A stretch of 64,000 bases of DNA from positions 195,595 through 259,594 of the forward strand of contig JAYQTA010000002.1 in NCBI GenBank assembly GCA_038147155.1. Direction: 5' to 3'. Below are positions 7,733 through 15,987 of the stretch, in pieces. Position numbers and translations under genes: made by a program. Origin of the DNA: Candidatus Australimonas brisbanensis (GTDB taxonomy: Bacteria; Chloroflexota; Dehalococcoidia; Lucifugimonadales; Australimonadaceae). Within the stretch, counting starts at the first letter, position 1, and the number at the start of each line of letters is the position of its first letter. The notes under the pieces were generated by a model. The model saw only the letters and a program-made list of their open reading frames with translations, did no database searches and was not told where the DNA came from.

Positions 7733-8649
7733 GGCAGGCGCACGCCCTCCGGGCCCACGGCCACCAGGCCATCGGCCACCAACCGCCCCACCAGCCCCGT
7801 CAGCCACGCCCCATGCTCAGCGGGCTCGTACCCCTCACGCACCAGCGGGCCCAGAGTCTCCAGCGAGAGCGCAGCGCCGGGGGGCAGCGTCCGCAGCGCG
7901 GCGATGACGCGGCCCCGGTGCTGGCGCGTGGAGCCTGCGAAACGTCCCTGCTTGGGCACGTGGGGCACCGATGCCTCGGCGAGGGCCCGGCCGCCCTCAC
8001 CCGCAAGGGCCGGTGCGGCGGCGCACAGCGCCTGCAGGGGGCACCCCTCGCAGGAGGGGCGGGCGGCGGTGCAGATGCTCGCGCCGATATCCATCAGCGC
8101 CTGGTGCCACGCCGAAGCGTTCAGCGGCGCCTCGGGGCCCGGCACCAGCGCGGCCACCAGCGGGTCCAGGGCCGCGCGGGCAGGGGCCTGCGCGCCGTGG
8201 TGCACGCGCGAGAGCACCCGGTACACGTTGGTGTCGGCAACCGGCACCGCGGCCCCGAAGGCGAAGCAGGCCACGGCGGCGGCGGTGTAGGGGCCGATGC
8301 CCGGCAGCGCTAGCAGTGCCTCGACGGAGGCGGGCAGGACGCCCGCGCGCTCGCGCATCAGCGTCTGGGCTAGGCGGTGCAGTCGCACGGCCCGACCGTT
8401 GTACCCCATGCCCGCCCACACGCGGATCACGTCCCCCGGCGCGGCTGCGGCCAGCGCCTCCAGCGTGGGGAACGCCTCCAGGAACTCACGGTACTTGGGC
8501 ACCACGCGCTCCACCTGGGTCTGCTGGAGCATCACCTCGGAGACCAGGATGGCGTAGGGGTCGGCGGTGTGCCGCCACGGCAGATCGCGCGCCTGCGTGG
8601 CCCAGAAGGCGGCGACGGCTGCGTGCAGGGCGGCGGGGGCCGGGCTCAC
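7729..8649 (-). CDS. mutY: A/G-specific adenine glycosylase, short (actinobacterial-type) MutY
   Basis: Its GTG start overlaps the tlpA-like stop (GTGA). SEVMLQQTQV, HhH LPGIGPYTAAAV, catalytic VADTNVYRV, and a 4Fe-4S loop CTAARPSCEGCPLQALC. The short C-terminal FAGSTRQHRGRVIAAL region replaces the long NUDIX-like domain. Confidence 0.8.
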   Translation of the reverse strand: MSPAPAALHAAVAAFWATQARDLPWRHTADPYAILVSEVMLQQTQVERVVPKYREFLEAFPTLEALAAAAPGDVIRVWAGMGYNGRAVRLHRLAQTLMRERAGVLPASVEALLALPGIGPYTAAAVACFAFGAAVPVADTNVYRVLSRVHHGAQAPARAALDPLVAALVPGPEAPLNASAWHQALMDIGASICTAARPSCEGCPLQALCAAAPALAGEGGRALAEASVPHVPKQGRFAGSTRQHRGRVIAALRTLPPGAALSLETLGPLVREGYEPAEHGAWLTGLVGRLVADGLVAVGPEGVRLP

Positions 8650-9245
8650 GAGGCCAGCAGCGCGTCCAGCGCCGCGCGCAGCGCTTCCGGCGAGAGGGGG
8701 CCGATGATCTTGCGGACGATGCGGCCCTGCCGGTCCAGGAAGAACTTCTCCGGCACCCCGCGCACGCCGAAGGACACGCCCAGGCGTCCCTCGGCATCCA
8801 GCAGGTTGGGGTACCCCACGCCGTAGCGCTCGATGTGCCGCAGGCTCGCCCCCGCCTCGTCCCAGATGGCGATACCCACGAACTCCACGCCCCGGCCCGC
8901 GTACTCGCCGTACACGGCGGCGAGGCTCTCCGCCTCCAGGCGACAGGCGACGCACCAGGAGGACCAGAAGTCCACCAGTACGACCTTGCCGGCCAGCGAG
9001 GCGTTGTTCACCACGCCCGCGCCGGAGATGTCGAACCCGGAGAAGCTGGGGGTGCGCTGGAGGGTGACCGGCTGCTCGGCGGTCTCGTTGAACTCGGCCA
9101 GCCCCCCGGGGGCGCCGCCGGTGGCAACCAGCCCCCAGGCCAGCAGCCCCATCAGGGCCAGCACCGGGGACATGGCCAGTGCGAAGAGCGCGACCCGGCG
9201 GCGGGTCCAGCCGGTGGGAGTAGAGGAGGGGTCGCTCATGGGCAC
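8646..9245 (-). CDS. membrane-anchored TlpA/ResA-like thiol:disulfide oxidoreductase
   Basis: One N-terminal TM, then a thioredoxin fold with VLVDFWSSWCVACRLE (CxxC). The start may be ATG 9239 rather than GTG 9245. Confidence 0.85.
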   Translation of the reverse strand: MPMSDPSSTPTGWTRRRVALFALAMSPVLALMGLLAWGLVATGGAPGGLAEFNETAEQPVTLQRTPSFSGFDISGAGVVNNASLAGKVVLVDFWSSWCVACRLEAESLAAVYGEYAGRGVEFVGIAIWDEAGASLRHIERYGVGYPNLLDAEGRLGVSFGVRGVPEKFFLDRQGRIVRKIIGPLSPEALRAALDALLAS

Positions 9246-9266
9246 ACACTCGCGGGGGATAGCACG

Positions 9267-9290
9267 GGAGAGGGCCGTTCGGCCCTCTCC
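9267..9290 (-). terminator. hairpin downstream of the 68-aa gene
   Basis: GGAGAGGGCC-GTTC-GGCCCTCTCC, a perfect 10-bp stem. No clear U-tract on the minus strand. Confidence 0.4.
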
Positions 9291-9320
9291 TCAGTTTACG
9301 CGCTGGAAGAGCCGGAGGCC

Positions 9321-9527
9321 TTAGCCAGCCCCGGACAGTTCGTGGGCGGCGATGGACGCCTCACCCAGGGTGACGTAGGTCTCCTTGGCGCTGCCGCAGA
9401 CCACCTCATAGACGGAGGAAGCCACGCCGGAGGTGGCTGTGGTCACGGAGCCACTCTCGGCAACCTCATACACCTCAGCCTTGCCCTTGGGGCCTTCGAT
9501 TGTTGCGATGAGCGAGCGGTCTGCCAT
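9321..9527 (-). CDS. small hypothetical protein (68 aa) with an internal VYEV duplication
   Basis: GGAGG lies 5 nt before the ATG (9525-9527). High GC3. Sequence: MADRSLIATIEGPKGKAEVYEVAESGS...ASSVYEVVCGSAKETYVTLGEASIAAHELSGAG. No family recognised. Confidence 0.6.
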   Translation of the reverse strand: MADRSLIATIEGPKGKAEVYEVAESGSVTTATSGVASSVYEVVCGSAKETYVTLGEASIAAHELSGAG

Positions 9528-9605
9528 GACGTTGCCTCCGGATGTGGTAGAGCGGCGGCGCCTGTTTGCAAACGGAAAGGCGTGCCGTTGTGGGAATGGA
9601 GCGGC

Positions 9606-9655
9606 GGAATCATAGCACCGGGCGTACGGGTGAAACCCGTACGCCCGGTGATTCC
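9606..9655 (-). terminator. strong hairpin after the amidohydrolase gene
   Basis: CACCGGGCGTACGGGT-GAA-ACCCGTACGCCCGGTG (9616-9650) is a perfect 16-bp stem, extended by GGAAT/ATTCC. It lies 24 nt past stop 9674. Confidence 0.55.
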
Positions 9656-9673
9656 GTCTCTTACAGCCGCTGC

Positions 9674-10714
9674 TTACTTGCCAGAGGGCAGCTTCAGGCG
9701 GGGGAAGACCTTCTTCGCGTTGTCCTCGAAGATGTTCTTCTTGTCCTGGTCGGTCAGCCAGTCGATGGACTCGATGACCGGCTTGGTGTCGTCCATCCAC
9801 TTGCCGTTGGCGGGGTCGATGGCGGTACCGGAACCGGGCTTCTCGGTGCCGAACATGCACCGGTCGGTGCCGCAGATCTTGAACAGGAGGTCCAGGGACT
9901 CCTTGTTGTAGAGCACGGCGTCGTAGTACAAGCGGCGGATCGAGGCGTCGAAGTCCTCAAGCTTGGCGTTGGCCTTCATGTCGTTGAACCGGCGCACGCG
10001 CCAGCGGCCGATCTGGAACGGCACGGAACCGCCGCCGTGGGCGACGATGATCTTCAGCTTGGGGAAGTCGGCGAAGACGGTGGACTGCGGCTTGGCCAGG
10101 TTCAGCACCACCTGGGACTCGGTGGTGATGAAGTGGGCGGAGTAGGACTCGCGAGGGTCCTTGCAGGCCGCGGAGTGGATGTGGATCGGGATGTCCAGCG
10201 CCACGCACTTCTCGTACAGGGGGTACCAGTACTTGTCGGACATGGGAGGCGTGTAGTGGGCATCGCCGGGCTGGGAGCCGAGGCCCTCGCCGGGGTCAGG
10301 GTTGATCATCACACCGATGAAGCCCAGCTCGTTGATGGCCCGGTCGACCTCTTCCAGCACGTGCTTGGAGTCAGGCTCACCGGAGTGCTGGGGGAGGGCC
10401 GCCACGCCGGCGAACCGATCGGGGTGGTTCTTGACCTGCTTGGCGATGACGTCGTTGTTGACCTGGCACCACCAGTCCACGATGGCCGTGGGCTTCTCAG
10501 AGTGCATCATCTGGAACGGGCGGGGCGAGAGGAACTGCATGTCCGTGCCCACGCTGTCCATGATTTCGATGTTCTGCTTGGCGAACTGCTCCACCCGCTC
10601 GTCGGAGAGGCTCAGGGCACCCTTGCCGTGGTATCCGCCCCCGGCCATCAGCAGTGCGCGCCAGGCGTACAGCTCCGGCGGCGCCACCGTGTGGGCGTGC
10701 ATGTCAAGAATCAT
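9674..10714 (-). CDS. amidohydrolase_2-family enzyme, 4-oxalomesaconate hydratase (LigJ)-like
   Basis: AGGAGG RBS. DMHAHT metal motif, FAGVAALPQ, ELGFIGVMINPDPG, YWYPLYEKCVALDIPIHIH, FADFPKLKIIVAHGGGSVP. From memory this matches LigJ better than ACMSD-type decarboxylases; not verified. Confidence 0.75.
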   Translation of the reverse strand: MILDMHAHTVAPPELYAWRALLMAGGGYHGKGALSLSDERVEQFAKQNIEIMDSVGTDMQFLSPRPFQMMHSEKPTAIVDWWCQVNNDVIAKQVKNHPDRFAGVAALPQHSGEPDSKHVLEEVDRAINELGFIGVMINPDPGEGLGSQPGDAHYTPPMSDKYWYPLYEKCVALDIPIHIHSAACKDPRESYSAHFITTESQVVLNLAKPQSTVFADFPKLKIIVAHGGGSVPFQIGRWRVRRFNDMKANAKLEDFDASIRRLYYDAVLYNKESLDLLFKICGTDRCMFGTEKPGSGTAIDPANGKWMDDTKPVIESIDWLTDQDKKNIFEDNAKKVFPRLKLPSGK

Positions 10715-10728
10715 TACCCGACCTCCTT

Positions 10729-10752
10729 GTAGTTGCAGGCTGGTAGTTGCAG
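10729..10752. promoter_or_regulatory. 10-bp direct repeat abutting the RBS of the LigJ-like gene
   Basis: GTAGTTGCAG occurs at 10729-10738 and 10743-10752 (CTGCAACTAC x2 on the coding strand), immediately 5' of AAGGAGG. Confidence 0.3.
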
Positions 10753-10999
10753 CCGTGCCTGGGTTGCGGGACGCGAGTTGCGCCGGAGCACCTGCCTACG
10801 GCGCGCGCGCCGGGGCGGTCTCCGCACTCCCCCCGACGGCACGCCGTTTCTACATGTCCCCTCAGGGGATGTCAAGAGAGGGTGAGGCCTGGGCTTGGGC
10901 GCAGACGCGTGCCGGTGTAGACTGGCCGGGCACGATTCTCCGGTACGCCCGCTCCGCGCCCGCGCGGGCGGGTTCTCAACCTTCCACAAGGAGGCCACC

Positions 11000-12076
11000 A
11001 TGGCTGACATCGTTCTGGGCATCGGCACCTCACACAGCCCCATGCTCGCCCTCAATGGAGAGCAGTGGAACCGTTACCGCGCCGTGGACTACAAGTCCGA
11101 GGCGCTGGTCTTCCCACCCGGGGGCATCTCCATGTCCTACGAGCAGGGCCTCAAGCACGTCCCCACGGCCATCCGTGAGAAGCCGCTCACCCTCGAGGTG
11201 TTCGAGGAGCAGTCGGCCGCCTGCCAGCGGGGCATCGCGGAACTGGCCAAGACCTTCGCCGAGGTCAACCCCGACGTCACGGTCATCATCTCGGACGACC
11301 AGGACGAGTGGTTCTTCGACAACCTGATGCCCGCGTTCACCATCTTCTGGGGCAAGTCCGTGCCCATCATCCCGCGCGTGGCCCGCGGCCCGCACGATGC
11401 GGACATCGCCGAGGCCATCGCCAAGGGCTACGGCGACGTGGCCATGGACGTGCCGGTGCAGCAGGAGCTGGGCCGCCACGTCATCAACTACATGATCGAG
11501 CACGAGTTCGACGTCTCGCACTTCACGGACGTGCGCAAGGCCTACGGCGGCTCGGTGGTGCGCCGCTACCCCACCGCGGACGGGGAGTCCGACGCGGTGC
11601 GCGTCACCGACCCGGTGGACCAGGGGCTGCCCCACGGCTTCGCCTTCGTGGTCAAACGCATCATGGGCAACAAGCCCCGGACCATCCTGCCCATCTTCGA
11701 GAACACCTGTTACCCGCCCAACCAGCCCACGGCCAAGCGTTCCTACAAGTTCGGCCAGGCCGTGGCCGATGCTATCCGCGCCTGGGACTCCAACGCCCGG
11801 GTGTGCATCGTCGGTTCCGGCGGCCTCTCGCACTTCGTGACCGATGAGGTGCTGGACCGCGCGTGCCTCACGGCCCTGGAGAAGAAGGACGCCCAGGGGC
11901 TCATGTCCCTGCCTCGCGAGCGGCTCTACTCCGCCGCCTCCGAGACCCAGAACTGGGTGGCGCTGGGCGGGGCCATGGCGGACACGGCCCTGAACATGGA
12001 GCTGATCGAGTACGTCCCGGTGTACCGCACCGAGGCGGGCACCGGCGGCGGCTGGGCCTTCGCTCGCTGGCAGTAG
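11000..12076 (+). CDS. LigB-superfamily class III extradiol dioxygenase (gallate/protocatechuate-4,5-type)
   Basis: AAGGAGG precedes ATG 11000, which is internal to ORF 10895... GIGTSHSPML, IISDDQDEW, VGSGGLSHFV, WVALGGAM. Confidence 0.8.
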   Translation: MADIVLGIGTSHSPMLALNGEQWNRYRAVDYKSEALVFPPGGISMSYEQGLKHVPTAIREKPLTLEVFEEQSAACQRGIAELAKTFAEVNPDVTVIISDDQDEWFFDNLMPAFTIFWGKSVPIIPRVARGPHDADIAEAIAKGYGDVAMDVPVQQELGRHVINYMIEHEFDVSHFTDVRKAYGGSVVRRYPTADGESDAVRVTDPVDQGLPHGFAFVVKRIMGNKPRTILPIFENTCYPPNQPTAKRSYKFGQAVADAIRAWDSNARVCIVGSGGLSHFVTDEVLDRACLTALEKKDAQGLMSLPRERLYSAASETQNWVALGGAMADTALNMELIEYVPVYRTEAGTGGGWAFARWQ

Positions 12077-12099
12077 ACCTGCTCGCACCGCTGATCGCA

Positions 12100-12134
12100 G
12101 AACGGCCCGCCCCACGGCGGGCCGTTCGCTTTCG
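12100..12134 (+). terminator. intrinsic terminator
   Basis: GAACGGCCCGCC-CCAC-GGCGGGCCGTTC is a perfect 12-bp stem followed by GCTTTCG. It lies 24 nt after stop 12076. Confidence 0.6.
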
Positions 12135-12224
12135 CGAGCAGCGGCTGGCGCGACGGGGAGCGGGGCGCTAGGATGCCGACGCTCGCCGCCGGGCGGGCCG
12201 TTCGAGTGCGGTGAAGGAGGCGCG

Positions 12225-13124
12225 ATGCATATCGGTATCGGCATCCCCACGGTGGTGCCCCAGGGCAGGCCAGAGTTGCTGGTGGAGTGGGCTCGGCGCG
12301 CTGACGCTGCGGGCTTCTCCAGCCTGAGCGTGCTGGACCGGTTGGTGTACGAGAACCCGGAGCCCCTGGTGACCCTGGCCATGGTGGCAGGCGTGACCAC
12401 GCGCATCCGCCTGCTCACCTCGGTGCTGCTGGCCCCGCTGCGGCCCGCCGGGCTGCTGGCCAAGGAGGCGGCTACGCTGGACATGCTCTCCGGCGGCCGG
12501 CTCACCCTGGGCCTGGGCGTGGGCAACCGGGAGGACGACTTCACGGCATCCCCCGCCACCTACCGCAACCGTGGCGCGTTCTTCGAGGACCAGCTGGCGA
12601 CCATGAAACGCATCTGGGCAGGCGAGGGTGCGGCTGAGGGCACAGGGCCGGTGGGCCCGGCGCCGGCGCGCAAGGGAGGCCCGGAGCTGCTGATCGGTGG
12701 AAGGGCGCCCGCCGCACTGCGCCGATCCGCCCGCTGGGGCGACGGGTACGTGATCGGCTCTGTCTCCAACCCCCAGGCGGCGAGGGAGACGTACGACGTG
12801 GTGGCTCAGGAATGGGCGTCGCTGGGCCGCCCCGGCAAGCCTCGATTCGTGGGTGGGTTGGCCTGCGCCATCGGTGAGGAGGCCGCGCGCATCACCATGG
12901 AGGAGGTGCAGCGCTACTACTCCTACCAGGGTGGGCCGCCGGGCAACGCGCCGGGCCGCCCTGGGCCCTCGGCGGCCGCAGGCGCGCGTCTGCTGCCGCA
13001 CACCCCGGCGGCCATCAAGGAGCAGCTCGCGGCGTGCGAGGCGGCCGGGGTGGACGAGGTGCTGCTGCGCCCCGGCGTCTTCGACCCCGAGCAGGTGGAT
13101 AGGCTCGCTGCCGCTGTCCTCTAG
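12225..13124 (+). CDS. LLM-class F420-dependent oxidoreductase
   Basis: GAAGGAGG RBS. HIGIGIP...FSSLSVLDRLVYENPEPLVTLAMVAGVTTRIRLLTSVLLAP fits a luciferase-like TIM barrel. Confidence 0.85.
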   Translation: MHIGIGIPTVVPQGRPELLVEWARRADAAGFSSLSVLDRLVYENPEPLVTLAMVAGVTTRIRLLTSVLLAPLRPAGLLAKEAATLDMLSGGRLTLGLGVGNREDDFTASPATYRNRGAFFEDQLATMKRIWAGEGAAEGTGPVGPAPARKGGPELLIGGRAPAALRRSARWGDGYVIGSVSNPQAARETYDVVAQEWASLGRPGKPRFVGGLACAIGEEAARITMEEVQRYYSYQGGPPGNAPGRPGPSAAAGARLLPHTPAAIKEQLAACEAAGVDEVLLRPGVFDPEQVDRLAAAVL

Positions 13125-13149
13125 CTGGCAAGGATATTTGCGTGAGAAC

Positions 13150-13185
13150 GCAGGAGGGCGCCGCTGGTGTGCGGCGCCCTCCTGC
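13150..13185. terminator. bidirectional hairpin between convergent genes
   Basis: GCAGGAGGGCGCCGC-TGGTGT-GCGGCGCCCTCCTGC, a perfect 15-bp stem. Confidence 0.6.
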
Positions 13186-13206
13186 TGCGCTGGGATGCTG
13201 CTGCGC

Positions 13207-14547
13207 CTAGTGCTGCTTGCCGTCGGAGAGCCAGGCCCCGCCCTTGCGGGTGCCGGAGGTGTCCTTGCCCCAGACCATGGCCTTGGCGTCCACCTCGGCC
13301 CACTCCGGCAGGCTCACGCCGTCACCGGAGAGAGTGGCCTCCACGTCAGGCTTGCCAGGCTTGTAGTCCTTGAAGGGGCCACCGGTGCCCTCGTAACCGG
13401 GGTAGCTGTAGTACTCACAGGGTAGTTCGATTACGCCCTCGCTCGGGTCGCGGTGGACGTTCATGGGATCGCCGCCGTCGGCGACCATCTGCATCTGCTC
13501 CTCCAGGATGCGCCGGAACATGATGATGCCCACGTCCGTCACACCCAGCCGCTCGGTGGTGCGGTCGGTGATGGGGCCCTGCGCCACCCACGCCAGCGCG
13601 TCCTGCGCGATGACGTAGTCGCGGATCAGCCGGCCCTTCTCGTCGTAGAGCGGGCGCTCCTCGAAAGGGACATCGATGTCCGCCTGCGGCCCCTCACCGG
13701 CATTGAACTGGCGGTAGTTGGTGATCAGGTGCAGCGTGTGGGTATCGTCCACCGGCACCCGGAACTCCAGCCCGTGACCCACCCGAAGGATGTTGGGGAA
13801 CAGGATCGGGTGGCCGATGCGCCAGTGATCCATGTCCTCGGTCTCATCGCCCACTAGCCGGCGCTTGATGATGCCGTAGCCCGTGATCTCGAAGCCGATC
13901 TTCTTGTGCTCAGCGCCGCGGCCGCCCACCCCTGCGTTCCACAGGTCCCGCTGCTCCTTGGGCTTGGTGCGATTCATCCACCAGCCGCCGTAGTAGCGGT
14001 GGAGCCACTGGAAGTGCAGCGGGTCCAGGGAGTTCTCCTGGCACTGGAGCCAGTTGCAGGGAAGCACCACTGACCAGGCGTCGTGGTACCCCTCCCAGGC
14101 CAGCACGTCCCACTTGGGCAGCACCGGAGCGGGCGCGGGGCCCAGGTACGCGAAGACCACCCCGCCCAGCTCCTGGACGGGGTAGGCCAGCATCTTCACC
14201 TTGTCCTTGAAGCGGGAGCCCTCGGGCTCCGACGGCTGGTCCACGCACTCGCCCTTCTCGTTGAAGAGCCAGCCGTGATAGCAGCAGCGCAGCCCGTCCT
14301 TCTCCGGGATGCCGTAGGCCATGGAGGCCTTGCGGTGCGGGCAGCCGGGCTCGATGAGCCCCAGGGTGCCGGAGGCGTCGCGGTAGAGGATCAGGTCCTC
14401 TCCCAGCAGGCGCACCTCCTTGGTGGGGTTCTCCTCGTTTACCTGGGAACTGCCGGCGATGGGGTGCCAGTACCGGCGCATCAACGCGCCCATGGGCGTG
14501 CCCGGCCCCACCTGCGTCAACCGGTCGTTCTGTGCCTTGGTCAGCAC
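13207..14547 (-). CDS. Rieske [2Fe-2S] aromatic-ring-hydroxylating oxygenase, alpha subunit (alpha-only phthalate-family type)
   Basis: GGGAGG lies 7 nt before GTG 14547, which is internal to ORF ..14778. Rieske motif CPHRKASMAYG...LRCCYHGW. A mononuclear-iron region follows (NWLQCQENSLDPLHFQWLH). Confidence 0.85.
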   Translation of the reverse strand: MLTKAQNDRLTQVGPGTPMGALMRRYWHPIAGSSQVNEENPTKEVRLLGEDLILYRDASGTLGLIEPGCPHRKASMAYGIPEKDGLRCCYHGWLFNEKGECVDQPSEPEGSRFKDKVKMLAYPVQELGGVVFAYLGPAPAPVLPKWDVLAWEGYHDAWSVVLPCNWLQCQENSLDPLHFQWLHRYYGGWWMNRTKPKEQRDLWNAGVGGRGAEHKKIGFEITGYGIIKRRLVGDETEDMDHWRIGHPILFPNILRVGHGLEFRVPVDDTHTLHLITNYRQFNAGEGPQADIDVPFEERPLYDEKGRLIRDYVIAQDALAWVAQGPITDRTTERLGVTDVGIIMFRRILEEQMQMVADGGDPMNVHRDPSEGVIELPCEYYSYPGYEGTGGPFKDYKPGKPDVEATLSGDGVSLPEWAEVDAKAMVWGKDTSGTRKGGAWLSDGKQH

Positions 14548-14590
14548 GGCATACCCTCCCGTTCGGTACGGCTGCGGTTGCGACAACCCT

Positions 14591-14635
14591 AGAAGAAAGC
14601 GCGTGGCGGGCGCGTGAATGTTCGCGCCCGCCACG
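14591..14635 (-). terminator. intrinsic terminator after bicupin A
   Basis: CGTGGCGGGCGCG-8 nt-CGCGCCCGCCACG (14602-14635) is followed on the minus strand by GCTTTCTTCT. Confidence 0.6.
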
Positions 14636-14657
14636 TGTGAGGTGTGTGAAGACCTGC

Positions 14658-15779
14658 CTAGGAAGCGGCGGTCTTGCCCGGCTTGAAGACGTAGTCCGGA
14701 TTGGTGTAGCACTCGTCGGGCATCGCGGTCTTGAGACCCTTCTCCGCCAGCTTCTCCTCGAAGAGTTGCCGGATCCACGGATCCTCGTCCACGTACTCGA
14801 TGTTATTGTCCTTGGCATCGCCCCCGTCGTCATCGTCCTTGCCGATGAACTGCACCGGCGGGTGCAGGGCGAAGTAGCGCGCGGGGATCTCGCCGGTGTT
14901 GAAGTGCTGGTGGAACCACTGGTCAGGAGGGGTGATGGCCGCGCCCTCGATCCAGGGGTAGACGGTCTTCTCGCCGCCCTCCTTCCACATGATGGAGTAG
15001 CCCTCACCGCCGGGGATCACGATCAGGCGCCCTGGGCCGTGCCGGTGGCCCTTCTTGTAGGTGCCGGGCGGGAAGACGGACATGTGGGCAGAGAGCTCGG
15101 AGTTCGGCACGTACATGGCGATGGACGAGCCGCCCGCTCCGCGCGAGGAGAGGGAGACTAGCTTGTCCCAGGCCAGCAGGTCCGGCCAGAAATTGCCGCG
15201 CCAGACCTTCCCGCCGATGCGGCCCCAGGCGGAGCCGAAGTCCTTCACCACGTCCTTGGCGTCGGAGAAGAAGTCCTGCGAGGCATCGTCGATGGGGCCG
15301 GTGTTCACCTGCTTGTTGTTGAAGAAGAAGTCCGGGTCGTTGATCACCGACATCGCCAGCGGCAGGTAGTTGAAGAACAGCAGCCGTACGGGGTTGGAGC
15401 CGTCCATGTTCTTCAGTTCGCACCAGGCGTTGCGGGGGACGACGAAGGCCGAGCGCGGGCCCCATTCGAAGTCGCGACGGGTGTTGGACACCTCGCCCCA
15501 GACGGAGGAGAAGCCGCGGCCGGAGAGGACGTAGACCAACTCGTCCACGCCCAGCTTGAACGGCTTGAGGCTCCCGCCGGGAGGGATCTCCTGCACGCGG
15601 GCCTCGGTGACGCCGCCCATGTCCGTGAACCGGATCAGCGCCGCGTCGCACCCGCGCAGGTCCCAGTGCCCCAGCTTGAGCGTGCGCAGGTCCGCCACGT
15701 AGTGGTCCTCGTACAGCGGTACGCCCTTCTCCGCCTGCTCATGGAGCCAGTTGTCGTGAAGAAAATAGCTCTTGGCCAT
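14658..15779 (-). CDS. bicupin protein, paralog A (gentisate-dioxygenase-like architecture, function unknown)
   Basis: AGGAGGAGG RBS. Two cupin barrels, with the HxH...H signature only in barrel 2 (KKGHRHGPG...WFHQHFN). Conserved tail YVDEDPWIRQLFEEKLAEKGLKTAMPDECYT. Confidence 0.8.
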   Translation of the reverse strand: MAKSYFLHDNWLHEQAEKGVPLYEDHYVADLRTLKLGHWDLRGCDAALIRFTDMGGVTEARVQEIPPGGSLKPFKLGVDELVYVLSGRGFSSVWGEVSNTRRDFEWGPRSAFVVPRNAWCELKNMDGSNPVRLLFFNYLPLAMSVINDPDFFFNNKQVNTGPIDDASQDFFSDAKDVVKDFGSAWGRIGGKVWRGNFWPDLLAWDKLVSLSSRGAGGSSIAMYVPNSELSAHMSVFPPGTYKKGHRHGPGRLIVIPGGEGYSIMWKEGGEKTVYPWIEGAAITPPDQWFHQHFNTGEIPARYFALHPPVQFIGKDDDDGGDAKDNNIEYVDEDPWIRQLFEEKLAEKGLKTAMPDECYTNPDYVFKPGKTAAS

Positions 15780-15987
15780 CGGCCCTCCTCCTGATGAGAT
15801 CGCGGCCGGGGCCGCTCGGTTCGGCGGAGTGTATCAAAAACCCCTCGCGCGCGGGCTTGCACGCATCCCGCGTGCGTGCGCGCCCTCAGTACCTTGCTAC
15901 GATGCTCCCTCGATTGGTGCGGTGTACGGTGGAAGGGCAGCCTTGGGGAGGGCGGTTCACGCCGCCCCGACCGGGTGAGGGAGGCCC

